Shown here: positions 37,451 to 50,970 of the stretch, piece by piece
How positions within the stretch are numbered: position 1 is the stretch's first letter
Layout: every line of letters begins with the position of its first letter
NCBI RefSeq assembly: GCF_009914755.1
Contig: NC_060925.1
Direction: 5' to 3' (one strand)
Length of the DNA: 64,000 bases
From: the human T2T-CHM13v2.0 reference genome, Homo sapiens
Translations under genes and position numbers: made by a program
The notes under the pieces: model-generated
The model's input: only the letters and a program-made list of their open reading frames with translations
Database searches by the model: none
Told to the model about the DNA's origin: nothing

Positions 37451-40448
37451 AAACTGGATCAACATTTTGCTCAACTCCAAATATATTCCTGTTTTAGAAG
37501 GATGTATCCCATTTGAAAATTAGCTTATGTACATAGACTTATGTATTTAAAAAGGATTTGCCTAGTAAGTATGCCTGTGACAAGAAAATGCTATTAATAT
37601 TATTAAAGAATAATTAATGCCTTTCAGTGACGTGTGAGATTCTCTACTAATATTCCTACTGGATAGCTCAGTTTTGCCATGTGGATCATTGAGAATTTCC
37701 TTCAGTTATTTTTATTTGCTCAAAGGTATACTGGATAAGTTAATGAAATAAATCTGTTTTAAAGAATAAATCAATATTTAAATAGAAAGTATATGAGGCT
37801 GTCTTTTTGAAACTGAAGTTTTCTTTTTAAATGATTTATATGAATAAAGGATTGTGTAGCCTTGGAAACACTTGGGAGTGCTGATATCACACATGACTAT
37901 AAACTAGCTGCAAGAAGAAAACGGGGAAGAACTATTGTAAAAAATATTTCAGATGCAAGACAAGAGAACACATTTCCTAAATACAGAATAAAGAAAACAA
38001 GTATGCTTCAGCCACTTTTATCTGAATCACAAGGTTTACTCCTTAGAAGTTTTGCTACTCTATCTCGTTTTTCTAATTTGACTTCACAGTCTTTTCTCTT
38101 CTCAATTTTTAGAACTTATTCCCCAACAAAATAAATAATTAAACTATAGATGAACTGTCAAAAGGGAACATTATTTTAATGTAACATTAACATTTTCATA
38201 ATTAACATGGAAGTTAATGCTTTTAGCAGATGTAACAACATTAGACTTGTAAATTTTAATTAAAGTTAATGGTTCATGATAGCTGTAGGGAGTAGGCATC
38301 CTCTCTAGATACTGAAAACATGTCTAATGTGATTAGAAATACTAATTTTAGAAAAAAGGATAGTGCTGGCAATGACTATTCTTTATTTCTTACAAAATCA
38401 GTGACTTGAAAACCTTTTAAAATGAGGAATCTGGCAAGCACATAGAAGTTAACAGAAGAGGTGGTAATAATATTTAAGGGACTGAGTAAAAAAGCACCAA
38501 CTGTTCATGTATACTTCCCTTTCTCTATGTTGCTACCTGAGATAATTCCTAGAAAACCAATGAAGTTATTTCATAATTTTAGACTAGGGACTAATGTTTC
38601 ATCTTTAATTTTCTCTGGAAAATTTTCTCTGCAAAAATCTTTAATTTTTGGAGGGTTACCCTCCAAAACTGTATGCTCACGGCTCAGTCTAGATTTCTTA
38701 AAACAGGAGAGTGAGTTGCTTTGAGCAGCAAACAAACAAACAACTCCTACATAAAAATGTTACTAAAATGATGAACATGATGGCTTTATAGGGAGCCACA
38801 CGTATTAGCCAGCAGAAAGTATATGGAACATGTAAATTCAGTGCCAATGATAGATGCTAAGTGCCTGTTTATTTACAAATGGGCGACAACATTCTTTTGA
38901 TATTTTCCCAAGTATCTTCATTTTCATTAAGCCCTTATTAAGGCCACTAATTCAAAAGAATTCACTTAAGTCACTGTATTTCTTCGATTCTAAAACACAT
39001 CTAAGGCACATCTAAGATACATCTATTTGCAAGAATGTAAGCTCCTTATCCAACTTGTTGAAACAGCACTTAAAACAGTATTTGGCAAAAGTAGGGACTT
39101 AATTAATACAAGCTGAATGGATAAACTTAACTCGATGAAATTAGAATAAATGTATAATTAGTATATGCATTTAATAGTGTTTATGAATCACATATTAAAT
39201 ACAGCATATATTTTATATAGAATTAATATTGTCTTGTTGTTTTGTCACCAAATGCTGTCTAAAAATCCCTGGTGTCTTACAATGAGTGGTAGTAGATTCA
39301 AGGAAATGTAGAAAGGTAAATGTTTCCATCACCTAAATATTTTTTTGAGAATAAACTGAACTCTCCAAATAATAAATTATGCCCTGTATTCAAGTAGTTC
39401 TGAGTAAAAGTTTTTTGCAAATCTTCACTGAGAGTACAAAATGCAGGAGGCTCAAGCAGGATGAGCTTTAAATACCAGAGACTTTGGATGCTGGCACTCA
39501 ACCAAAGAAATCACAGAGACATCAGAGCTCACTTGTCACTGTCAAATTCCTCATAGTGTAAGGCATGGGACTGGTCATTGCTAAACAAAACAAAACAAAA
39601 CAAACAAAAAAACCCTTTCTCATTCTTTACTCATAACAGTGGTGTGATCTGGACTAAAGAAATTATGGATTAAATGGAGCCCATTTCAACTTATTTTAGC
39701 GCGCAATTCTTGGCTGGGATTCCAACCTGGATGTAGACAAGCTAATTGGCAGGCCTAGTGAAAAGTGGTAGCCTTCAAGTTTATTGTATATTATAAACCT
39801 AATGGAATGTTGAGAATTAAACCTTGCTTCCCAATTGGTTATTCCAGTAAGCTTTCTAATTGGTTACTCTTTAAACTACTTACAAAAAAAAAATGATGAG
39901 AACTACAAGCAGCACAGAATCTGCTGGCAAATGACCATTCAACATTTCACATTTCAACACATAAAACACTGATTATGTAATATTTTGTTATGAATTTTGA
40001 GCTGCTTTCAATAATAACAGTGACCCCTAGGTCAGGCATTTTCTGGTAATCAGTAACTAGCCCAGTTAGGAGTCCAAGCCTCATAAAATATTGTTAAGAC
40101 GATTTTATGTTTTATAATTTAGAAAGGTCAATCGGTGAAGTTAAGTAGTTCTCTTTTTTTTCTACTGCTAAATATGAACTTATATCTCAATATCACTCTT
40201 GTCATTTTATAAAACATGGACTCTTAATGTCACTACGGACAGAAACATAATTATAGAAATTAGAACTTTAAAACACAGAGTAGGTAAATAATAAATTTAC
40301 TGGTGAGCAAGAATTTTAATTCAAAACATGATCTGTTGCCTAATCTAGTATAAACATGGTAATTTTTTCCAACCACCAATGTTCAGGTATCTCCTAGCTC
40401 TAAAAAGAGCGATAACAATATCTCATCCCAGTGAATAGTTTTACATTC

Positions 40449-40929
40449 CAGTTGCCAGATTTAGCAATTTAAAAAATAAATGCCCAATTAAATTTGACTT
40501 TCAGGCCGAACACGGTAGCTCACATCTGTAATCCTAGCACTTTGGGAGGCCGAGGTGGGAGGATCATTTGAGGCAAGGTGTTCAAGACCATCCTGGCCAA
40601 CATGGTGAAACCCCGTCTCTACTAAAAATACAAAAATTAGCCAGGCTCATCACAAATGGTGCACATTTGTAATCCCAGCTACTCGGGAGGCTGAGGCACT
40701 AGAATCGCTTGAACCCAGGAGGCAGAGATTGCAGTGAGCCAAGATCACACACTGTCCAGCCTGGATGACAGAGTGAGACTCTGTCTCAAAAAAAAAAATT
40801 GAATTTCAAATAAACAATAAAAAATATTTTAATATAAGTATGTCTTATATAATACTCATATTTTAAAAATTGTTCTTTAACTAAAATTCATATTTAACTA
40901 GTCAGCCTGTATTTTACATGGCAACCCTA
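40449..40929. mobile_element. MER53 palindromic hAT MITE split by an Alu
   Basis: gttgccagatttagcaa...attaaatttga | ...aaattcatatttaact...cctgtatttta...tggcaacccta. Confidence 0.85.
40504..40797 (+). mobile_element. AluS (Sz/Sz6-like)
   Basis: Full-length. TSD AAATTTGACTTTCA / AAATTGAATTTCA within MER53. Confidence 0.93.
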
Positions 40930-43064
40930 CCCCTTTCTCCAGATCCTAGGCTTCTTTCTCCACTGATCCTCTCTTCACTTTCTAGTTCCCCAAGTGTTGG
41001 AGTTGGGGCAGGGTGGCTTGTGGCAGGTGTGGGAAGTGTGGGAGATGCTGTATGCATGGCAGTCTCCACACCTTCTCTCCTCCCAGGCCTGCCATACTGC
41101 TGTTCACACTTTACTGGTCTGTCCCACGCTAGCACAAAACACTTTGAGGTTCTCTTCCCAGGGCTCCAGACAGGAGGTAAGAACAAGCCCCTGTGCTCTA
41201 AGACACAAAATCTATCCAGTGGTCTCTGATAGTACCCCCTCTTAGCATTTACAACAGTGGGGCAAAAGGCAGTTCAGAATCCCTGATCCTCACGAACACT
41301 CTACCTGCCATCCTCTTCCCTCTATCTCCCTTTTTTTTCCCCCTTTATCTCCACTTTATCTCCAGGCTCCCATTTCCAACCCAGGAAGGACGTTTCCCTC
41401 TTGTAAGGCAGTGCGTAGCTCCCCTTTCAAGATTTGATTCACTCTGTGGTCTAAATTACCTTGCTCTTGAATTGAAAAACCTGGACTTTCCATTTATTGT
41501 TCCTGATACAGACTGCAAAGACATATTTTTAAATGGAAAGACTGAATATTGAGGGTTACTTATTTTCACCTTTAATCTACCCTGAGGCAAAGTTAGTGTG
41601 TGGTTAAATGTGGGAGAAAATTACCATACAAAAAAGGACAAAAAAAGAAAAAAATACATTATTGTGCTATTTCACAATATTGTGTAGCTGCTCTTAGAAG
41701 GTCACTGTGACTGAGTGTTTTGCTCAAAACTACTCTCGTATTTTCAGACTGAACTAGTGGTTATATTCATGAACTTACAAGTCCTTCAGTTATCTGAGTG
41801 ATCTTGTAAAAGTAGCTTACCTTTCTAGTTCTGCCTTTTTTCCTTATTCAAAAAATAAGTTATGTTGGGGGAGCGTTTATTTAATATTTAATCAGGTGAC
41901 CATTATTTGTTCGGCAATATGAAGTATTTCATTATACACAATACCAAATACAATTATTCCTAATGTACAGAAAACAAAACACTGCAAGATATGTATTTGA
42001 AATATAATGAATGGATACAGTATCTCCAAGGTCATTTCTTATTATAAAGTGTATGATTGTATGTGGTGATGTGATCACATTATGTTGTGAATGAATCACA
42101 AGGTTTCAGAGTTACAAGCATTCTTAGATTGCTTATTTAGTCAAATTTCCTCATTTCACAAAAGTACAGCTGCCTTTTCCATTAATAGACATGATCAGGA
42201 AGTTTCAGAAATGGTTCCACTGTCCTTTGGAAATGTGTAATTTTACATTTCACATTCATCACACTTACCATTTCATATTTGTCTCATCAGTAGAATGTGT
42301 TACCTTTCAGATTGGTAACTAAATAAAAATATTATTTATCTGAGGTTGAATTTATCTTTATCAGGATACTTATGCATTTTTTCCTCTTAGCTCATAAAAA
42401 TCTTATAGAACAATTTAAAAAGCAGGACTGGAACAGATGATTCTATGGTGAAAATGTATATTAATTATTGATAAACAATATACAATTTTACAAGCAATCA
42501 AAGAAGTATGAATGAAAACAATCATGATCCTTTTTTTTCCTTTTAAACTGGCAAAGATTATAACAATTAGGATATTCTGTGTACATGGAAAAATATTAAA
42601 GTGAATCAGAAAAATAAACCTTGCTCTAAAATGTTGGCATTCTTCAATGGCATTGTCCTATTCCTGCTTCTCTCCTTCCCTTAGCAATGTTATCCACTCT
42701 CCTGGCTTTATTTACCATCTTTACACCTACGTTTTAAAATCAGTATCACCTCTATGTTGTTAAACGAAATTTACACGAGGTCATTGGTTGGGACTGAGCT
42801 TCTGCACTAGGCCCAACTGGTCAAACCAAAATGGCAAAATGGAGTCACTAATTCTGAAATTCCAGATCCCAAGATGAAACTAAGTTATCTGACCTTCTAA
42901 GAAATCAGGAGAGAGATAATGGCCAAGTCTCCTAACAGATCAGTTTCAGCTGGCATGATAAGGAAGTCCCTTCTGCTTTAACCTTTACAAGGAAAGTAAC
43001 TTTGAACCAGCCAATCCGCGTTTTGTTCCATTTCTGCTTTTTCAGCTCTTTCCTGCCTGTAAAG

Positions 43065-44058
43065 TGAAGGGGGCCAGCCCCTCCACACCTGTGGGTATTT
43101 CTCATCAGGCAGGACAAGAGACTGAGAAAAGAAATAAGACACAGAGACAAAGTATAGAGAAAGAAAAGTGGGCGCAGGGGACCGGCGCTCAGCATTCGGA
43201 GGACCTGCACTGGCACCAGTCTCTGAGTTCCCTCAGTATTTATTAACTACTATTTTCACTGTCTCAGCAAGAGGAATGAGGCAGGAGAGCAGGGTGATAA
43301 TGGGGAGGAGGTCAACAAGAAAACACATGAGCAAAGGAATCTGTGCCACAAATAAGTTCAAGGGAAGGTACTATGCCTGGATGTGCATGTAGGCCAGATT
43401 TATGCTTTTTTCCACCCAAACATCTCAGTGGAGTAAAGAGTAACAGAGCAGCATTGCTGCCAACATGTCTCGCCTCCCGCCACACGGAGGCTTTTCTCCT
43501 ATCTCAGAATTGAACAAATGTACAATTGGGTTTTATACCGAGACATTCAGTTCCCAGGAGCAGACAGGAGACAGTGGCCTTCCTCTATCTCAACTGCAAG
43601 AGGCCTTCCTCTTTTACTAATCCTCCTCAGCACAGACCCTTCACGGGTGACGGGCTGGGGGACGGTCAGGTCTTTCCCATCCCACGAGGCCATATTTCAG
43701 ACTATCACATGGGGAGAAACCTTGGACAATACCCAGCTTTCCTGGGCAGAGGTCCCTGCGGCTTTCTGCAGTGCATTGTGCCCCTGGTTTATCGAGACTG
43801 GAGAATGGCGATGACTTTTACCAAGCATACTGCCTGTAAACATTTTGTTAACAAGGCACATCTTGCACAGCCCTAGATCCCTTAAACCTTGATTCCATAC
43901 AACACATGTTTCTGTGAGCTCAAGGTTGGGGCAAAGTTACAGATTAACAGCATCTCAGGGCAAAGCACTTGTTCAGGGTACAGGTCAAAATGGAGTTTCT
44001 TATGTCTTCCCTTTCTACATAGACACAGTAACAGTCTGATCTCTTTCTTTTCTCTACA
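43065..44058 (-). mobile_element. HERV-K(HML-2) solo LTR (LTR5B-like), 994 bp
   Basis: Reverse strand starts TGTAGAGAAAAGAAAGAGATCAGACTGTTACTGTGTCTATGTAGAAAGGGAAGACATAAG and ends ...GGGGCTGGCCCCCTTCA. Perfect 6-bp TSD GTAAAG at 43059-43064 and 44059-44064. Confidence 0.95.
43531..43537 (-). promoter_or_regulatory. TATA-like box of the HML-2 LTR (TATAAAA); poly(A) signal AATAAA at 43239-43244 on the same strand
   Basis: Both motifs sit at the expected LTR5 positions. Activity is not shown. Confidence 0.55.
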
Positions 44059-44539
44059 GTAAAGCCCAATCGCCTCCGCTCAGCTCATCAGAAGAATCAT
44101 GAATAAAAGTCAATTAGATCTTTAAGCTAAATTTGTTGTAATTTTGTATTTTGACAATATTCAGACTGTATATTCAACTGGTTACTTGATAGCAACTTGG
44201 AGAGCTCACACGTACCTCAAACTCAGAACAACAATGTGTCAGGTCACTGTTCTATAATTTTCTTTAATCTTTTATTGTGTTTTTTCAGGGTGTTACATTT
44301 ATATCATTAAAAAACTATATCTCAATCTGTCCATTTTCTCTCTCCATTCTCACTGTTAATGCTGTAAATGCTCTAGTTCAGGCTGCCATCACATGTAGCC
44401 TGGATTGTTGCTAAGTCTTCCTTACTGGTCTCCTTGTATCCACTCTTGGCTACTTTCAACCTATTTTTTTTTTTCTAATTAGCCAAAGTCATCTTTTAAA
44501 AATATGAAATTTAGCTCTTTTAAGTATTAGTTGTATGAC

Positions 44540-45720
<1,181 letters not shown>

Positions 45721-46009
45721 TGAGGTATTATTACTATTATTTACCAATCATACCACATAAGTCTCCTGCCTAAAACCATTCAGTGGCTTCCCTTTGGCCT
45801 TATGATGCTGTTCAAAATACGTCCTATGCTTTTTAAACCACTCCACCCTGTGCCCAGTGCCTTGTCTCCTGACATCTGTCTCTGCAGAAATACTGGAATT
45901 CTTCCCGTTGCAGTTCTGGAAACATACTATGCTCTCTCTCCTCTCAATGTTCTCACGCAGGTTTGAACCAACAGTAACTTCTAGACTGTATGATATATGA
46001 AAAGCAGCA

Positions 46010-46162
46010 CACTGTTGTGGTTAGGAGTGCAGTCTCTAGAGCCAGCCTGCGTGGGTTTGAATTCTTGCTTTTGCTTTTCTGTTTGTACAATCTTAGGTAA
46101 GTTCCTTTTCCTGCTTTTACTTTTCTCATTTATAAATTAGGGACATAAGAATACATATTTCG
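46010..46162 (+). mobile_element. MIR SINE (target of the tandem Alus)
   Basis: gtggttaggagtgcagtctctagagccagcctgcgtgggtttgaattc...ttttctcatttataaattaggg. Confidence 0.75.
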
Positions 46163-46782
<620 letters not shown>

Positions 46783-46809
46783 CTATTTCACAGAATTATT
46801 ATTATAGGA

Positions 46810-47500
46810 AAAAAAGTTACATTCAAGAGAATGAAAATGACAAGATGTCAAACAACAGATGCTAAAAGATAATTGAATAATGCCTTCACAATTATGAAGG
46901 AAAATTATTTACCATCTACATTTCTGTATCCAGAAAAAAAATCAATTCTAAGGGCAAAATAAAAACATATTTTCAGACATGTAATCATTTAGAAAATTAT
47001 GTCGCACATTACCTTTCTTAGGAAATTATTTGTGTATGTCCTCTTAAAAATAAAGGAATTAAACAAAAAAGGTGGGGCCAAGGAATACAAGAATTAGTGA
47101 TTATAACAATTAAAAGTGATATAGGAAAATCTGAAAAACAGCTGTGTCTTAAATGACAATTAGTCCTAATTGGAACCAGAGGACAGAAAACTTTGAAAAG
47201 TTCCTAGGAAAAAATATGGAACCCAGAGATTTGATCATATTCCTAGACTTAAGGTGTTGGCTGATCATAACAGTGAAATAAATGCTGGTAGTGCAAAAAG
47301 TAAACAAGGGTAATAAGACACTCCAGCATAAACATAAAAGGTATATAATATAGTTATGCTACACTAGTTGAATTCGAAATAAATGGGATTTACATGGTTA
47401 AATCATAGTTTAAATTTAAATGACTATTTTTACTTCTAGAATTAATTTATAGACAAAGCATAGAAGGTTTGGTTATGATTATAGGATTAAATATAAGTGT
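46810..47500 (+). mobile_element. Ancient L1M ORF1-end relic
   Basis: caacagatgctaaaagataattgaataatgccttca...tgtatccag...aaaataaaaacatattttcagacatg. Confidence 0.55.
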
Positions 47501-47503
47501 TAT

Positions 47504-48218
47504 TGTTATGGGCTGAATGTTTGGGTCATGTGTTGAAATCATAACCCCCAATTTGAAGGTATTAGGAGTTGGGGCCTTTGGGGGGTGATTAGGTCAAGAG
47601 GGGGTGGGGCTTTCATGAATGGGATTAGTGCCCTTATAAAAGAGGCCCCAGAGACCTCTCTGATATGGTTTGGCTGTGTCCCCACCCAAATCTCATCTTG
47701 AATTTTAGCTCTCATTAATTCTTACGTGTTGTGGGAAGGACCCAGTGGGAAATAATTTCATCATGGGGGTGGTTTCCTTCATACTATTCTTGTGGTAGTG
47801 AATAAGTCTCATAAAAGCTGATGGTTTTATAAGGGGAAACCCCTTTCGTTTGCCTCTCATCTTCTCTTGCCTGCTGCCATATATGACATGCCTTTTGCCT
47901 TCCACCATGATTGTGAGGCCTCTCCAGCCATGTGGAACTGTGAGTCCATTAAATGTCTTTTTCTTTATAAATTGCCAAGTCTTAGGTATGTCTTTATCAG
48001 CAGTGTGAATATGGACTAATACACTCTCTTTGCTTTCTGCCATTTGAGGGCACAGGAAAGTCTGCAATCTACAACCTGGAAAAAGGTTTTCACCAGACCC
48101 AACCATGCTGGCACTTGGATCTCAGACTTCCAGACTCCAGGACTGTGAGAAATAAATTCCTGTTGTTTAAAAGCCACCCAGCTCATGGTATTGTGTTATA
48201 GCAGCCTGAGCTAAGACA
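47504..48218 (+). mobile_element. MLT1A0 MaLR LTR split by THE1
   Basis: tgttatgggctgaatgt...gggattagtgcccttataaaagaggccccagaga | ...gcagcctgagctaagaca. Confidence 0.88.
47661..48023 (+). mobile_element. THE1B/C solo LTR
   Basis: tgatatggtttggctgtgtccccacccaaatctcatcttgaatt ... ggactaataca. Perfect TSD CTCTC at 47656-47660 and 48024-48028. Confidence 0.93.
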
Positions 48219-48338
48219 GAATCAACCATTTATTCTCTAAAATTTCAATTTTAGATGGCTGATGTTGGAAGGGAATAAAACTGATGGGAAAGACAGGGAC
48301 ATCAGCATCATCTGACAAAATGAAGAATGAAGAGATAC

Positions 48339-48712
48339 TGCTATGATTTGAATGTGTCCTCCGAAATTCATGTGTTGGAAAGTTAATCTCCAGTCCAACT
48401 GTGTTGGGAGGTAGAGCCTTCTGAAGGGTTTATATTATGAGGGTGCAGTCCTTATGAATTGATTCATGCCACCATTAAAAGGGCTTTCAGGAGTGGGTTG
48501 GCTCCTTCTGCTTTTCTGCCATGTGAGGACTCAGCACTCCTCCTCTCCAGAGGTGTGGCGACAAGGTGCCATCTTTGAACCAGAGTCCAAACCTGCTAGC
48601 GTCTTGATATTGAACTTCCCAGCTTCCAGAACCATGAGAAATAAATTTCTGTTCCTTATACATTACCCAGTCTGTGGTATTTTGTTATAGTAGCACAAAA
48701 TGTATTAAGATG
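48339..48712 (+). mobile_element. MSTD-like MaLR solo LTR
   Basis: tgctatgatttgaatgtgtcc ... aataaatttctgttccttatacattacccagtctgtgg. TSD GATAC/GAGAC. Confidence 0.85.
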
Positions 48713-49379
48713 GAGACTGTCTCTAGTTGCTGGCATTCATCAAAGGTGTTAGTTGCAAGCAATGGACGGTGACTTTGACTTACTAAGTAGAAAGACTACC
48801 AGAATTAGACTGGAAAGCTAACAATGAGAGTTTAGCTCTAGCAGAGCTATGAAAAAACAAGTTCAAGGCTGATTCTAAGAAAATACCCAAAAGCATGTTG
48901 CAGAACAGGTCTGATGATAAAAAGCCTTGGTGTTTTCCACTGACCACTAGAAGAAATGACCTCTGCTGCCCAAGCAGTTACACTTTTGTGCCAAGAACTT
49001 GATCTTACAACACTGGGAAACCACTACTCCTATTGTTGCTACCACCAAAAGTCTCACACCCACTGCCATCCACACACCTGTACAAATGGAATTTCCAGAA
49101 GAGCCTGTTTCTTTTCCCTCATGTTCATGTATGAATGAAACTTTGCATAGATTGCCAGAAACGAGGTCACATGCTTCCGTTATAGATGAAATGGAAATGG
49201 GACTTGGAGTTTGACTCAAATTGGAGAGGAAGGAGTCACATTAGTTTTTCCCCAAATATGATACTCAATAAGTTACTTGGAGGCAATGACAGATGTCTAC
49301 TACATTGCAACAATTCATAAAAGTATATTATTTAAAGTTACAAGAATCATTTAAAGAGAGACTAAAATTATTGCAATAT

Positions 49380-50160
49380 CATTTACTCCTTCCTCCTTCT
49401 GACAGCTTGAATCCAATTTATCAGGAAATTCTGTTGGCTTTATTTTCAAAATATATTCAGCAAATGACTCCTCAATGCTTCTACTGCTTTCACCTTCAAC
49501 CAGCTACTGTAGTCTCTGCCCTAAATTATTGCAATAACTTCCTAGCTGGTCTCTCTGCTTCATGTTTTGTCCATTTACAGAATATTCAAACTCAGCAGCC
49601 AGAGAGATCTTTCAAGATGTAAGAAAGATCGTGTCATGTCTACCCTCAAAACCATGCAAAGATTTCACAGGCAACTTAGAGTAGAAACCTAAAGCTTTCC
49701 AAGAGCTTGCCGTGACTTCATGGTCTGCTGCTGTCTCCTCATCTCACCACTGTAACCTCATCTGCTCCTTCATTGGCTGTTCTCACCACTGTGGCCTCTT
49801 ATTGGTCATCAGATAAGAGTGGCAAACTTTGTCCTTTATGTTGGTTGGTTCCTCTGGGGAAGAGCACTCTTCTCCCATATAGTTGCATGGCTACTCGCTC
49901 ATACCTGCAAGAACTCTATTTAACACCATTCACATGGCCTTTAGTATTCCCAATCTCACATGCTGTGCTTTATCTTTTTTCTATAGCATGTATCACCCCT
50001 CTAACATACTATAATTTACTTAATTATGATGTTTATTTTCTGTCTCAAGAATGGGAATGATTTTGTCTTTTTTATTAGCTGGCATATCCAGGCACCTAGA
50101 AAATCTCCCTGGAATAGGAAAATAATAATTGTTAAATGAATGAGTGGATGGATGAGTGGA
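49380..50160 (+). mobile_element. L2a 3' region
   Basis: ttattgcaataacttcctagctggtctctctgc; cagcagccagagagatc; terminal ttgttaaatgaatgagtggatgg. Confidence 0.75.
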
Positions 50161-50888
50161 TAACTGATATAAACATTTTTAGAGAAGAGTGGAGAAAGTT
50201 AGTTTACTTAAATCCTTGTTCATTGGACCAGAAAGCTAATAGGTGGAGTCTAAAATTGATCAATAAATATCAACTTATTATTTAGAATTATAGTAATAAC
50301 TGCCAGAAGAGCTAAAAACAGAAATATTTTAAGATGATTACATCTGTTTTTAACAGGACTGTGAAGGAATAAGTGGGGCAGAGGACTGAGGATTTTTATT
50401 GTAAACCTTTCTGAACTCTAATTTATAAAACCATGTGTATGCAACACTTTGATGAAAACTTACTGTGTTTTTAATATAATCAATTAGCAAGGAAAATATA
50501 AGTAGATTATGTAAACAATTAAAAACACATAATAAGTAAATAAAAATACATAATAAAAATTTTATTATATTTTTCCTTATTAGAATTTACAATGAGAAAT
50601 AGAAATTATGAATAATGAAAATAATAAAATGACTTCAATATTCTTTTAAAAAACTTGCTAAATTTATCGATTTTTTTGTAATGACAAATTTCAAGCAGAG
50701 AATGCATATACACAGGCATACCTCTTAGCTTTGTCAAATCTTAACGTTAAACTTATTCTTAGGTTCGTATTCTTTGGTTTGCCCTTTGGGTGATGTGACT
50801 CCCAAGCATGACACAGTTGATTCATGAGCTGAGAGGTTTGCTTCTGAAATATTGACAGATGACTCTACACATTCTTTAAAATAAATAA

Positions 50889-50922
<34 letters not shown>
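50889..50922. repeat. (TA)n(GA)n compound microsatellite
   Basis: Direct reading. Confidence 0.9.
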
Positions 50923-50970
50923 TATGCTAATTGCTGAAATCTCATAGTACTGGTTTTCACTTTTTAAAAA

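Larger units (their letters stand above)
42758..44156 (+). mobile_element. MER31-like ERV1 solo LTR, interrupted by the LTR5
   Basis: tgttaaac...ggactgagcttctgcactaggccc...aatggagtcact; 3' end aataaaagtcaattagatcttta...aaatttgttgtaattttgtattttgaca. TSD ATGT/ATAT. Confidence 0.8.
42630..44510 (+). mobile_element. L2 fragments hosting the MER31/LTR5 nest
   Basis: atccactctcctggctttatttaccatct before the nest; cagactgtatattcaactggttacttga...cctcaaactca and ctagttcaggctgccatc after it. Confidence 0.6.
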
